DNA of 64,000 bases from assembly GCA_965285935.1 (NCBI GenBank), contig OZ260663.1:89342001-89406000 (forward strand). The letters are read 5' to 3'. The DNA is from Ophelia neglecta (Eukaryota). This document shows, one piece after another, positions 1 through 14,464 of this stretch; within the stretch, counting starts at the first letter, position 1; each line of letters opens with the position of its first letter. The position numbers were made by a program, and so were the translations under genes. The notes below the pieces were generated by a model that ran no database searches, was not told the DNA's origin, and saw only the letters and a list, made by a program, of their open reading frames with translations.

Positions 1-979
1 GTCCAATATTGTCGGGGAGGCATAAAACCAGCTTCAGGGAATTGAAATCACATATCTCATTACTTTTTGATATAAGGGGCCTTTTGTTGGTACTAACAAA
101 ATGCCTGTTACTACTACGCCATGTGTATAAATGAATTAAGTTCGGGTTATTTGTATCAAATGTGCCTTGTATGTATGTGGCGTATATGCTTCCCAGTGAA
201 AGTGTACAATGACATTAAGGATTTGAATAAATATATATACAATATATCAGTGTTATGAAACTTTCTTTTGAAACCAAAAATAACGGACAGGTGAAATTCA
301 ATAACATGAACGGACAGAAAATAGAATACTTAGCTGTTAAAACTTAACAATAAATATATGATATTACAAGCCAAGAATAATTCTACTCAAGATGTTTCGT
401 CAAACGGACATTTACGGCAGAACAACAAGTCATCTCATGGGGCAGACTGTTAGGTTCCGCAGATTTTGCATTCGCATACCTTTCTATGCTAAACCTTGGA
501 ACACACTGTGTGTCAGCAGACCGTAGACCTCTAGAAGGAGAAAATCGCACCAAATATTCATGCACGTAGCGCGAAGAAAGCCAACGTATTATGCCAACGT
601 AAATGATCCCTGCCTTCACCGCGAGTCACTGTGTCTGGTGAAACGGAGGAGGACACAGCAATCACGTGAATGGCTTGTAACCAATATAGATACACTCAGC
701 ATTCTGTTCCTTTTGAGGTTGACAGAGTAATTGTTCCAGCATAACATGCATTCATATTGACTAATCTAGAGGACACACAGTTCAAAATCCTCATTCAACA
801 ACTACATCTAAGCTTTTGGAAATAACTCTTTTAAAACATATTTTTTATTATTTCCAAAGAGTCATTATATTCACTGAAATCGCTAATTTGTTTGGGCACA
901 ATTTGGTGCTTTCACTTTGGCAGCCAGGCGCTATCGAGTCTAGCCATATGGTCGTTTGCTTTCCAGGTTGTGAAATATG

Positions 980-1800
980 GCGAAATTCAGTTTTGAATTA
1001 TTCACAATTAAACGCTATCCATCGGTGTACATCCTCAATGCATGTTTTAGTACCAGCCCTTGCTGATTCACTTGTGAATTAAGTTCATAGGACGCACTTA
1101 GTTGTATGTCGTATGCATGCCAATGACACGTTGATCCATTTTTGTTCACATTATATTACCAGTTGTGAATAAAGAAAAGCAGTGGACCCAAAACTACTCT
1201 TACACCAAATGCAGGTTTCCATATGTCAGCTGATGCCTAACAAAGACTCACATAGGGCACATAGCAGTCATTTGTTTACCAAACACCTCTAATCCTGCTC
1301 TGGGATTGCAAACTTGTTGTCCCTATTTATAGATCAGGCTGGAATGTTCTGATCATATAGCAGAAGAGACAACGAGAAGCTATTACCTTGGCACGATTGC
1401 TATCAGAAATAAATCTTATTTAGGACCTATATTTGGCCCAATTGTTAAATATGCATGATGACTGGTTGAATAGTAAAACAAAATTATCGTTTGTGATAAA
1501 TTTTTCCAATTTTGTCAATTTATAACATTTTAAAATACCACTTGTCTAATGAATTGGCGCTAATTCGCAAGTCTTTATATAACGTGACATTTTATTTCAA
1601 ATGTTGTGAGGGGGAGTTTTAATTAGAAGACGAAGCACGGGCTTTGATCTTAGTGTTCTCTTTTATTTTTAGTTAATAATCTGACTTCGCCTTCTCTGCA
1701 ATGAAAAGAGTGACATTAGACTATGAATACTCGTCAGAAAAATCTTGTACAGCTCATATAACCCCGTTCTTTCCCACTAGCGATGAATGGTTTTTTTGGA
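980..1800 (-). mobile_element. Decayed L2-clade non-LTR retrotransposon ORF2 (RT) relic
   Basis: Minus-strand translations give, in the expected order, NVTLFIAEKAKSDY*LKIKEN, LLFNQSSCIFNNW, GVRVVLGPLLFFIHN (cf. GVPQGSVLGPLLF), CHWHAYDIQLSASY (cf. HxYADDTQLY) and CIEDVHRWIAFNCE*FKTEF (cf. L2 CIxDIxxWMxxNxLxLNxxKTE). Many stops and frameshifts; boundaries approximate. Confidence 0.7.
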
Positions 1801-4055
1801 AATTTCGTTTCTTCTGGCTATTCATTTGGGGTATCCGACAACTCAATTGGCGTCTATTGTAGCTTAAATTTCTGTACTTGATATTGTTAGACCTTAATCA
1901 GGTTACATCGGGAAAAAACGACGGTAATATATTTGCCACCTAGTAAAGGCAATTCTGCAAACAAACAAAAAATTCTCTCTGATTCATAGTCATGTAACAG
2001 CCAGTTGTCAGGCAGCCCTCATAAAGAAAGATGATCACTTGCTAATCTCCGTAGGTTTCCTTATTTCATGATGTTTTGGAAGATACTAACATCATTATGT
2101 TCCCAAAGACACAGCTGCACTTTTGGTAAAGTATCCACTTTGCAAACTACTTTAATTATTGACTGTATCTGGATAGCGATTCCAAGCATGGTCCGCCGCT
2201 AGTCCATTCTGTTCATCATATTCAAGCAGGACACATTCCACTTAATCAAACAAGCTCCACCTCGGAGGCTGTGCCTTTAATAATACCAGCAGCATTCCAA
2301 TCGGGCAAGATATATCTAATCCACTTGTAAGTATTGAAACTTTCGGTGGTCTCAAGATTACCTTGCCTCAAAAACCTGTATAAGATTCTGGGTCAAGGCG
2401 GTTTGGTTATTGCCTGCTAGTTTTTTAGCGGTATTAATAATCAATTGATCATATTTGGATACAAAATAAAACATGCCATGGTTCATCTAGCTGTTGTGTG
2501 TACAAACAAATTTGACGCCGATATGATACCTCCGATAAAGTTCAACGGCTTTAATGAGTGTATTCATGACCAACGATTTTCATGTTCTCTCTGTGAGGAA
2601 TGCATTCATACTGGCAGGAGTTCGCGTGTGTAGTCGCTACTGGTACTGATTAATAACATGCCCTGGGAATTCTACTGCAAGGGTTCAATCCCATTGATTA
2701 AGGGAAGAACACCAAAGGCAATAGATGAATCACAAAATATATCGGCGTGACTATTCCCTGAAGATCATGAAGGCTTTTGCCATAAAACATATCCATTTCA
2801 TGAAGCAAGCACGGAACCATTACAGATTAATAATTTTAGTGAGTGTGTCCTTGGGGGAAGTGGCTATTCAAGCTGATGCAATTAATCACTTAATATATAA
2901 GCGACAGTACAGATGCTAGAGCAGATATTGGGAGCTAGGTTGTAAGTATCTATATTAAATTGTTTTATTGTTGTCATGGGTAAAAGGTTGTCATGTGCAA
3001 ACTGTATTGCCAGCAGTAGCAAATTCAAATGCCACATTTACCTACTCATCGCAAATGTGCGGAAAAACAGTATAAAATCCCGTCTAATAAGAAATGATCA
3101 ACCGTTACAAACAAGATGGCAAATCCAAAATCAAACAAGTAAGTAATCAAAGTTCAACGATACTGAGCAATCCTGTCTCAGAGTCTGAGACGGACTTACC
3201 TATATTAACAATTAATATGATTAATTAGATATCATTATCTTCATATAAACACCAATACGAGACATATAAACGTTCTCCAATATGTTGAAATAATACAAAT
3301 ATGAATGATTGGTTACGTGCACTGCATGCGGGGAGTGAAACAAGCATGCAGAAACAAACCCTGTCAGTAAAAGCACAAAGTTGACCAAAAGTACTTTGAA
3401 TATAAATACGTTGACAGCTACGCTAGAATGAATACTTCGGTTATAGAGGTGTTTATATGCATTTAACCGGGCATAATGCATGTCTTTCCGCTCTAAACCG
3501 CATCGGAGTATAAGCACATTGGGCCATAGGCTGTCTATTACGGCGGAATCTTCACCATGGGCTCATAAAATTCCTGGGACACAACATTAAAGTATGTTGA
3601 GACCAGGAAATATAGTGAAATATTTCCAGGCGGGATCCCTAGCCAGGGCACTATCAGATTGGGGTGAGTAGTAAAAGCGGTCTGTGATGATCTTCGAACC
3701 AGGGACTCTCATTACTTTTACACCGAGTTTATATTAATAAAGTGGCATAAGTGGAAGCCTCGGGAGTTTTACGGTTTCGAAATACTAGTATGAAAGGTCC
3801 GTCGGTCTATAACTCACATTGCATCACGGATCTGGCCTTGGAAATCTGGGTTATCATGTCACTCAGTAGCGTAAGGCCCCCGGGCTTTTGTTATCATAGG
3901 GTTTTGAGTTTGGGGGACCTTTCCAGCCATTACACCTGATAATTATTTACAGCGGAATATTGATCTGCATGACTGAGCCAATCATAGAGCTTTATAATCG
4001 AAGTCATTATCAGTGGAAAGTGAATTAAATTCGAAGGACACCGTTGTGAATAAGT

Positions 4056-4290
4056 CCGGAGGGGGGGGGGTGGAGGGAGGGGGGTACTACCTACGGCCAA
4101 TGGTGGGTATGCTGCACCCAAGGGTCATATATGGGTCCCAAAACGGGCGGAATTAGTAGACACATACCGAACCACATAGAGCAGCAAATACGGGTCAAAG
4201 AGAGCGGTCTGGGGAAAAGAGGGCTTAAACAGCTGCTTGCTAGAAATGGCGGAGCATATCCGTATGGAAGAAAGCCCCCCCCCCCCCCCC
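4056..4290. mobile_element. MITE-like element with G-run and C-run termini
   Basis: GC-rich ~235-bp block starting CCGGAGGGGGGGGGG...GGGGTACT and ending in a 16-C run (4275-4290), giving complementary termini in an AT-rich background; no credible coding capacity. Confidence 0.4.
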
Positions 4291-4549
4291 TATACCGCCC
4301 GACAAATAATTGGCTTAAAAACGAATCGTGTTTCAAGTACAATTAGTCTAATAGCCGTGATCTTGTAATTACCATGCATATGTGCAACTGATGATTGAAG
4401 CTTTGAAGGCAATGTTTCATTTTATTTGCCGCAATCCAAGAGTAGAAGAAAATGGGATTATTCTTTTTATACGGCATTGATCTGTCTACGGCCTCACACG
4501 ATACCGAGACATGTTGCCTTTTGTCAGACGATCATGATAGTAAATGTTT

Positions 4550-5671
4550 TGTCGGGTTACAATATAGGTAGGAATTGAAAATGGGTGCACAATAGAATGG
4601 TACTCGCACCTTATCATCAATTCCACGTCGACCTATTTTGTGAAGTAATTTCCCACATGGCAAGTTTATCTGAACACATCGTTAGTTTTCCAAGTGGCCG
4701 TTTATTTCCAAGATAAGATATATGGATAGTGATATACCCTGTGAATGTCATTTGGGCTTGGACTATATAATTTGTGTGAGAATCCCTGCTGCTGCAGATC
4801 CACTTGAAACAGATTTAATAGGCCGGTTGGCATGTATATAGCGTATCTTCTGGTCTGTGTGACCTCATGACCAGCAGCTGGCTATACATCGCTACAGGGG
4901 GGTAATAATACGGCCTACTCTCCAGTACAGCAACGCAATTTTTTCATTCACGAAGTTGATTAATATCTGTTTGAGCAATATAACTCTGATAAATGGACAT
5001 GATTTGGCCTCTTTGTCATTTACCGTCGAGTGGATCTTATTATTTGAGGTATCCCACTTTAGCGGATAAAAAAGGTTACTTTGCTGATAAGCTATTATCG
5101 TGTAGCCTGCGATGCGACTTCTATGGGACTTAACCAACCGATGGCGGTTTAGGATCCAGATACTTAGCACTTACTGACCCATTATTCAAATCAACAAACA
5201 TCCTGAAACTAAAAGATTGATTTACAATTCAATGCCTTAAACTATATTTTTCAATTATCAGGCATAAGTGCCCTCTACATCCTATGCAATCTGTTAAACT
5301 AAAAAAAGACATTCCACATGCCTATAACACGAGAAACATTGAAGTTATTCAACTGAAACCCGTCAGAACAAACATTATTAAACGAGTTAGTGGTAAAAAC
5401 TCTTACTAACTACCAATTTGATTTTATACGAAATAAAACAATCTTTGTCACAAAATGTTAATTACAAAAATATCTTTATTAATCAATACTTGTCACATAA
5501 GAAATTGTTATATATTTTCATCGTCATCCGTCGTATTTCTATATTTCTCTAAGAATAATGTTATTATATAACATAAATGTACTCCCATGTTTCTTCAATA
5601 CGGCGGCCAGCAGAAATAGCTTCGGCCATTGCTGGCGTCCTCTAATAAAATGATTTCAATCAATCAATAAA
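4550..5671 (+). mobile_element. Decayed CR1/L2/Crack-like LINE 3' portion with 3' tail
   Basis: Plus-strand fragments YLALTDPLFKSTNILKLKD*FTIQCLKLYF (cf. YNAHTEPLFKxLxILKLxDxF..CLKFY) and DIPHAYNTRNIEVIQLKPVRTN (cf. HxYNTR...RT), followed by a short stem-loop (CCAGCA...TGCTGG), AATAAA and a (CAAT)n tail at ~5655-5671. Left boundary approximate. Confidence 0.6.
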
Positions 5672-8600
5672 ACCGAACAGTCGGCTCCTCACCAGGCAGC
5701 TGGGTGATGCAGGACGTGGGAATAAGACCAGGGCCGAAAACTGCCCGCAACATCAGTTGCAAATAACAAATCCAAGAATAATATTTCCTGAGCACGTCAC
5801 CTGTTCGTAATATCGTTGCCCACTCTCCGTTTTCTTTCGTAAACTATATTTCCAGTTTTGTCTTTAGTCCAAAGAGAATTATGGCAATACATTCTGTGTC
5901 CGTGCAGATGGATTCTCTAGCAGTGTATCGCTCACTTTTCACATTAAATATCAATCCTATTAATAAATAAGTGGTATTATAGTCTATTTTAACTGATTAA
6001 CTTATATATAAGCAGCTTACGTTTATATATGGATCAGTTGCATAAGCCACTACGGTACATTCTTTGCCTCAGTTGGCCCCACAGCATGTTCTGGCTACAG
6101 CAATTTATTCTAACAGTCTAATAATAATGTATATCAATGGCTCACGTTTTAATCTTCTAAATGATTTGCTAACAATAATGATGCAGGTTCATTCTCGAGG
6201 AGTTAGAGTACATTATTAAGCTGTCTTTCATGAAACTTTACTATATGTACATTTCTTTAAGTGATTTATTTGATTTTCTTTCTAACTAGTTTCACTATGT
6301 ATTGTAATAAATAAGCTAGTGGATTAGCTTATACTAATACAACATATTATTAAGAATAGTTATGTAGTTTTCAGGCTTTCCTCAAAGTCGTATCCGCAAA
6401 ATTGCATTTATCATTACATGTTGGAGTAGTAAAAAAGGAGGGTACATAACCTTACAACTTAAAGCAATTTAATATAAATCTGAGTGTGCAGGCTCGCTTG
6501 CTCGATAAGCATGTAAATATACGGTCATGCCACTGGTTCGAACTTTGGCGGGGTAACCAGTGGCTCCAATGCGATGATGAATTTATAGCATCTCATGGGG
6601 ATGAATTCACGCTAGACATGTCAACGCTACACTCCTCAGCACAAACGCCACTTAAAACCATATCTAACCGCCACACAAGTCCGGTGATTCCACAGGCCAG
6701 ATATAAGCATTCGTGCCGCTGAACTGAAAGATAATTAGCATATTAATTATGCCAGGAGCAGTAATAGGTGAAACACAACTTCCATTACTGTTGGGGATTA
6801 GTCACACGCCATTGACAAGCACATAGTAAAATATTAGCACTCTACTGTGTAAATAACGGGTATAGAACGGAAAATAAGGAGAACGTTCATGTATTTACCA
6901 AAACAGATAGCAGTCAAACACTATTGTCAATGTACTACTCTTTCTTTTTCATCAGTTAAGCACTACATGTAATATACATGTATAACCACTTGCCAATCTA
7001 AAGAAAAGAACCGTGCGAAATACTATTGGTCAATAGTAAAATGGCCCATGTACGCATTCTTCTATGATACAAAGTTCTCCCTGATGTGTCACTTTAATTA
7101 CCTGCTCTTGAAATATATTCTGCGAGTGGTTCATTGTGAATACAAAGTCCAGAGGGGCCTTGACTCAGAAATAAACACTCCTAGTTGACAATTTCTGGGA
7201 CACCTTACATCTTTATTTGCTATAATTTGTTTTTGTTTTTTAAACGGAAAATCATAAATGGTATAGATATATTATATTATTATTATTTGAATTATATTAT
7301 TATTGTTTAAATTGATGCCACATAATATGCAGCCTCAGGAGTGAAGAACATCAAACTTATTCCGGAAAACTGATTCTCGAAGAAACCGAGGAAAGTCAAA
7401 TGCTTTAAAAGCATTCAAGCTGGAAAGGATGGGGTTTACAGTTATTCAACATGAAAGAACTCTAAGAACGATAAACGGAGGAAACTAGGGTAGCCGTTGA
7501 AAAAAGCATCCTCGGCTTTCTCAAGATTACACCATTGGGCATCGAGGGAACCAGCTATAGAAGTATCGGGGACTATATCCATTTTTCCTGGTTCTACGCT
7601 TCATGCTAGCACATAACCAATATGCATGTACATGCCAATGACGGGATTTCGGGAGGACGTTTATTTTTGACACAAGGACTGTCTGCGGAATTAATAAAAA
7701 TAAATCTTCGACTGACAAATCTAGAACCCGTATAGTAAGACAAGTATCAAAGATAAAGCGGATCACTCAAAGTGAGAGGGGTACCAACTATGCTACAGAA
7801 CCAATTTAAAGTGGTAAATCTGATCTTAGCTTAGTATGCAATTTTTGACTAAATGCTGTTTGAAAGCTGTCAGATTATTTCGCCGACCTTCGACCAAAAT
7901 AAAGCATGGGAACGTGAAATATTATCGGAGTACAAGAAACGAAAGAAGGATTGCTTCTGTCTAAATTGAGGAATCAACAGAAAGAGACGGAGTGAGGGAT
8001 GCCATATGTGCTGAATGTTTTCAGATAGTAGTTCTTTGATTACCTTAATAAATGTACCGATGTGTGTGGAGTAATGAAGACCTCACACGGTAAACAAAAA
8101 CATGGATATAGACAGCTTGCCTGGTTTTACAAGCGGTCTTTGACGCATGGTTTCATCGTAACTTATAGAATCCAAAGCAGCCTCATATTATAACGGAATT
8201 GTGTAAAAGGTTGACAAATGAATAACACAAAGAATATTCATACTCAATTATCATCCGTGGACTATTAGATACAACTGATAGCAGCTTAATTCAGCGACCA
8301 AACAAAGACGATAACCTCTCCTTACAGCGGCGCAACTTGGTTGGTCTATAGCTTAATGTTCCTGATGATTTCATACTTATCAAATGGACTATATTTTATT
8401 GATAATTTGGCCTTTGTCTTCCGGGTATGCGCTCCAAAGTTTTCACTTACAACTCATTCTAAATCACTCACAACTCATTTAACTTATTCAAGTTCTGGTT
8501 TTACAATCCCACTATTAACCACATTTCTTATACTATTTCTCGACCGCAAATACACTTGTACGGGAATAATAAACAAGGACCTGTAAAATATTCGTTCGTT

Positions 8601-11600
8601 TGTTGCAGGCTCCAGCACAAAATATAGTACATCCATCTTGCATCAATTGGTATGCCCCAATATACTATACGTGTTATTTGATCGCCGTGAAACATGTCTT
8701 GAAGAACCACAAGGAAATATTACATTGCACTCGCTTGCCTCAGCGGGTTAACTTCATGAGTGCTAAATATCAACGTCAGACACTCTACTTCAGCTATGTA
8801 TCTGAAGTATAGACATACGCCAGTTCAAATGATCGAGCAAGCTGTTGGTGTATATGTGCTCTTCATACCTACCAGGAAGCGTTAATCTTCACTACTCATC
8901 GTCTTGCGCTTGATAGCCTGATGGTAGGCTGAAATTGGCAGATTCAAGGCGCCCGTAGTGGATTAGAGGCCCAGGCCCAGCGTAGATGCATGTGGGATAA
9001 GCTCAAGGAGATAAAATGCTCACACTTGGTGCAATAACATCTATTGATGATCATGTACTAGATTCATTGACAATAATCTGCCTTTATCGATCCAAAATAA
9101 AATACACAATTTATTCACTGTGTGCAAAATGCGATCTCTTTTTCCCACCAAGTAAAAATGCTTTTTAAAAGTACGGTTCTGAAGAGTCCTTTTGCAATTC
9201 TGTGACGTCTATCACTGATAAAAATGTGTAATCTTTTATGTTAACTTGTATGGCGCCCATGTGCCGGATATCAAGCATTTTATGTTTATATTATGTCTTC
9301 TTTAGTTGTTTCAAGTTTAGTTGGCTAGGTGTCTTTTACATGGTCCTGAACTCACAAAATTTAGTCTAGATTGTCGTTGTATCTGTTCCAAATAAAACGT
9401 TGCTTTTCCAATGGAATGACTAAGATGAGACCGATGTGCTTATATTTCAATTTGGTGTAGAGTCTTATAAACAAATACTAACACTCCTGGACAGTTTCCA
9501 TATCGAACACAAGCAGACATCGGTAAGCGCACGTGACGGTTAATCTAGCAACGAGCTCGATATTTTTCATGAGAATAATATTAAGCAAGCTGGCAGGTCA
9601 GGCTAAGCTGTTTAAATAAAAGGTACGCTAGGACCTCATGGAAACACCGCATGGCTGGCCTTATAACTACAGCTTGTCAAACCTATAGTTGAAAAGACAG
9701 CTGAAAACTGTAATGACACAAAAGTGCAGATTTGAGACACATATACGAGAAACGAGGTATTACAATCTTAGCTAAACGGCCAGGTTAGCAGATTTGTTTT
9801 ATGTATCTCGTATTTCCGTCATATATAGTGCATGCTTTTAATTAACAATTCTATCATAGTATAATTCTGTCGCGATACAAGACCATTGTTTTCTACTTTT
9901 GGCCCAAACAAACGTATTTCTTCTTCTTCATTAAATTGTGCACTGCCACGTTACCGAACATGGACGATACGCATTTTAGTCTCTAACCCTCCCCCTCTCC
10001 CCAACTCATAGTTTTCTAACGGTGCGTCCCGAAATGTATACCCAAGGAATTGGTAGAAGGGTCTATACCCTCATCATCCAAAAAAAAACACGGAAACTCT
10101 CCATATAAAATAGTTAATTGAACATGGTTAATTATAATTTTATATATTTATATATGTCGTTTTGGCGTAGAAAGTTCAGAAGCCCAATTTTTAGAAAAGT
10201 GCCAGTGATGAACCAAGTGGTTTTTAAGAATTTGGGCAGCAAATAAAAATGGTTATAGAGTTTAATTTATTTGGATTCTTAGGCGAATAACATTGAAAAT
10301 TAGTCGAATTATATTTCGCTAGTCAGGAAGCTTATTTTAACTAGTAAATTGCCTGTTGGATGTTGTTGGTAAACATGACATGCGCAGCCAGACAAGGGTT
10401 AGCTGATGAACGAATGATACCAAGAGTAAATGTTCCTCTCGGATTGGACCCTTAAGTATGTGATGATTGTACCACACCAGAGTTATTCCAGAACGTGAAC
10501 ATCTGTTGAGGAGCAGACGTGGAGTAACAGGGATATCACCGGGTTAAGATCCGTCTGTGATGAACAGACTAATGCATGGTGACAAATAACGTCAAAAAAC
10601 ACCATACGTACCCTTAAGCATAGTTAATAAAATCATTAACAAGAAAAGCTGATTAAAGCATTGTATTCTCCTCCGATATTGATGTAACGTATATAGTATC
10701 ATTGTTTTGTACTGTAAACATATTTTGGACTTAACAGGGCAATCATCCAATTCAATATGATGATATCCTAAATTAAGTTAATTAATAGTGGATGATCTTT
10801 GACCAATGCTTATCTTTAGGACTTTGTCTAAGTTAATTAAGGAGTCGGGTTGCAAACACATTTTGCAAAACACGATACACTTATTGCTACTAATAATTAA
10901 ATGAAACCCATATGAAGACACGAACAAGACATGTATAAATGCTGGTTTAGATTAAGCTTCGCCATGATCTTTAATGCTGCACATTTATGACGGCTGTTTG
11001 GGTATTTTAGAAATTGTTTATTGATTTAGCTATTTATACTTAGTGATAGAAAAATATTATTTCCGTCTACTTAAATCAAACATTCCTTGTTCCTTATTCC
11101 TGCAGCGATAAACTGGAATCTAATTTTACCCAAATTTAAGTTTCCACGACCTGCTATTAGTAAAGATAACGAACTAGTTATTTTTACAAACAAATAACTA
11201 ATAGCATTAAAGGGAGACAGTATTTGTCGATTAAGGTTAAACATTATATTTTCATTAGAGCTGTATTGCAAACGCCTTTTCGAACTTATCTTGAAAAAAA
11301 AAGACATTTATTGAGTGCATTTACGGCTAATAGAATGTCATTATCGGGATATATTATGTATAAAAATGGAGATTATTGTGCAGTAAAAAAAGAAAACTAA
11401 ATATTTGTGTTCCATGCAAGGATTTTAGTAGCACGCATAATATAATATATGACAACCGGTTATAGTTAAGTTGCTTTTCATATTTATTGCATATATCCTT
11501 TCAAATAAAGTAGAGATATGACGCCAACATTTAAATACAAGTATCTGTTGTAATGAAGTAACTGGGTTTGCAACATTCTCCGGCTGGTTAGGGATACTGG

Positions 11601-14291
11601 TATTTTGTAACATGACCCACCAGTTGTCAGCATACCACAAGGATAGCGGTTCTACAGGTCGCCGAACCAATTTGTCAATATGTCTAAATAACACATAAGT
11701 GGAGGCTAAGATACATGAAGTTTGAGGTCACAAACCTAACCAGTTCGGAAGACAGAACAGCTACATAGTTAACCTTGGCAAAAGCTCTCATCTTAAAGAG
11801 GTCAGCGACCCTAGACTTTGAGGGTAGACCCTGGACTCCAGTTGAGTACTTGATTTTTTCGTATTAACAAAACGATAATAAACACATTTTACATTGTAAA
11901 TGCTGAAAGCATCCTATCCTTCATCACAACAATCTGTAGTCAATATCATACAAAAATATATTAATGGAATGGAACATCCAATAAGTTGTTTTTCCATCAT
12001 CCGAAATATGACCACATGACCGCTTGAGTTCACTTTTTGTTTGTTCAAGGATTCTAAGCACTTCTCTTGTTTATATTATCAGAAGTTGGGGCTATACTTT
12101 ATCATATTTCTTAATAATATGCCGATGCATATTTCATTAACTGTGAACTCATTCTTTATAGCTGATACGAACGCCAAACGGGTCCTAGGGACGTGAACTG
12201 TGCAATTATAATATTACAAAAAGCCAGCGACGTCGCTGAGGCGGTAAAGGGGCATCTACTCTGAACTCTGTGATATAAATATAAAGCAGCCTTCTTCAGA
12301 TGAATGGAATAGGAATGAAAGGGTTACTTGCACCCCGTCGTTGTATAGCACCATTCTGCTTTATTTCTCGTGTGACAGTGCCTTTTGGGGTATTCTTTAT
12401 TTTCGGCTCCGACAATAATGTGTTTATTGCTATTTGTGGGGTCGCTGGTCCTGTATGCTGGTGATTTCAGATATGATCAAGAGAAAGTTTCTTGTTAATG
12501 ATTTTCCAATATCTGCCCGATTTCCTCTGTATTTTTTTCGGTGCAATCAAATATATCTAGTTGCTTAAATCGCCAATATTATAATATTAAACAATGGTTT
12601 CACCAGCAAAATGGTATGAGTAAATGAAGCTCAAGATCTCATTTTTCTTCTTTGACTGATGTACCTAATATACCTACGAGTGGACCTTAGAAATATTTTT
12701 CCAATGGTGGGGAAACATATTTTGTTCTTCAAAATAAATTTCACATACGCGATAAGCGCAACCCCCCCCCCCCCTTCTATTCCCTCGTTTCACTACCCAC
12801 CCATCTTTCATAATACATGATTATTTGTTTTTTTTTCTAAACCAAGGCGCGATCCACTGACGCCTTGTCCAAGTGCGTGTTTGTCTATTTTCGACAGTGT
12901 TTATTTTCTTGCGAATAAATCATATCCTCCGCCTACATTTTAAGAGTAAACTGAACTCTCATTGGCCGCAGGCAGGTATCAATGCCAACATGGCTAGTTT
13001 CAAATGGTTGAACGCATTCCACCTGCGTACTTACTGCCATCCACACCACATTCAAGTGCAAATTAATTCGACCAAAATTATCAACACTCACTACTTTATT
13101 TGGTCTGACCAGGTGCATTTGTGTCATTGGGTTAACTGCAAAGCTTTCTGCACAGAGATGGCAAACAAGCCATATATCGTCTGCCTCAGTGGCAGCTGTC
13201 GGACTCTCCAGTTTAATCTCCCCGCTCCATTGTCCCCGGTGTAAAATATTGCCGCTAAGGGCCTACCAGCCTTGGACATTCAAATCCTGGTGTGTAATAT
13301 TTGACGGGAATGTTGTCAATAGGGTAACTATACAGAATATTTAGCCAGCATTTAGTTAAAAACTTGCAACTTCCGGGAGCCAGATGTAATTTTGTGTGAT
13401 GTAAGGGGGTGCTAAAGGCCCTTGTATTCTGAACAGAATATAGATGGTTAATATCACCAGTAAAGCAATAAATAATATAATCAGATTGTATTTGCGTCAT
13501 TTGACATTATACCAGTATGCCAAACATGGCCGCTAAAGCTAGAATGAACGGAACAGGTCGCTAAACGGAGTCTTTACTGCGATGGTGATGAAAAACGGGA
13601 CTGGATACCCGGTAGACAAAGCCAAATCATTATTCGAGAATCTTCCATTCAATCGGTCCGAAATCACCAGAAACCAGAAGTCACAGCCCCACACATAGAG
13701 ATAATTAATTTCAAGCACCCAATTAGTAAATAAACTTGGTAAGCAAATAATGATTAATAAAAAATAAATATGATATCACTTGCTTTGGGAAGTAGTCATC
13801 AATTTGTCATGATGCCGGCCAGAACTCAAAACAAATGAGTCAGTAGTCAAGGTAGGGCATAGATGAAATATTCCCTAGCAGAGTCTATTATGGTCCACGC
13901 TAACACAAAATATTGAGACTAATGATGAAATTGTTACTAAAACGGGTATCAGCACCCGGCGCCACGTACGCTGTATCTCTGGCCCTGCCATCCAATGTGA
14001 GCGGCTTGCGGCCAGCGTAGTGTAGGGCTATTGTGAAAATTGTCTGCAAAAAATGACAATTAGAACCCATACAAGAACAGTCTAAAAGATAGACATCGAT
14101 TGTATACTGGCTCTGCATTTTGGAATTCCAGAGACCATCAACTTGTGCGTAATACTTATATAATAAGGGGAATATGTGTCTGTGGGAGAGGACTTTCAGG
14201 AGGGGACTTGCCGATGTTTAGAATAAATAAAGCCTAACCGCCCTGTTTGTTTGAACTCGACCTATTGCTTACTTCCTGTGGCTATTCATAC

Positions 14292-14464
14292 CCTATGGAA
14301 GACTGCTATAGAGCTCCCTCGTCCCGATAGAACCCCTCTCGCAGAATCTTCTGAAGGAAGGAACTGTTCCTTTTCTGCAGATGATTCTTCCCAGTGAACT
14401 TGCTGTTTGTTTTATGAAATACCATTTTGATAGCGGCCAAGTTTGACAACAAAGTGTGATGTAC
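14292..14464 (-). other. Orphan exon-like segment (non-coding; possible 5' UTR or lncRNA exon)
   Basis: Strong acceptor TTTTTTCTCTTTCAG| at 14465 and donor AGG|GTATGA at 14291; 173 nt; stops in all three frames. Confidence 0.3.

Noticed and set aside
2460-2640. Minus-strand NAFLTERT*KSLVMN...GVKFVCT resembling P-element transposase or integrase motifs
   Set aside because: Too short and equally compatible with unrelated families.
6486-6600. B-box-like GGTTCGAAC (also GGGTTCAATCCC near 2681) as tRNA genes
   Set aside because: No cloverleaf can be built; at most decayed SINE heads.
12250-13450. Possible second Penelope-like RT relic on the minus strand
   Set aside because: Only vague resemblance (e.g. 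RYWKIINKKLSLDHI); no core RT motif recoverable by eye.
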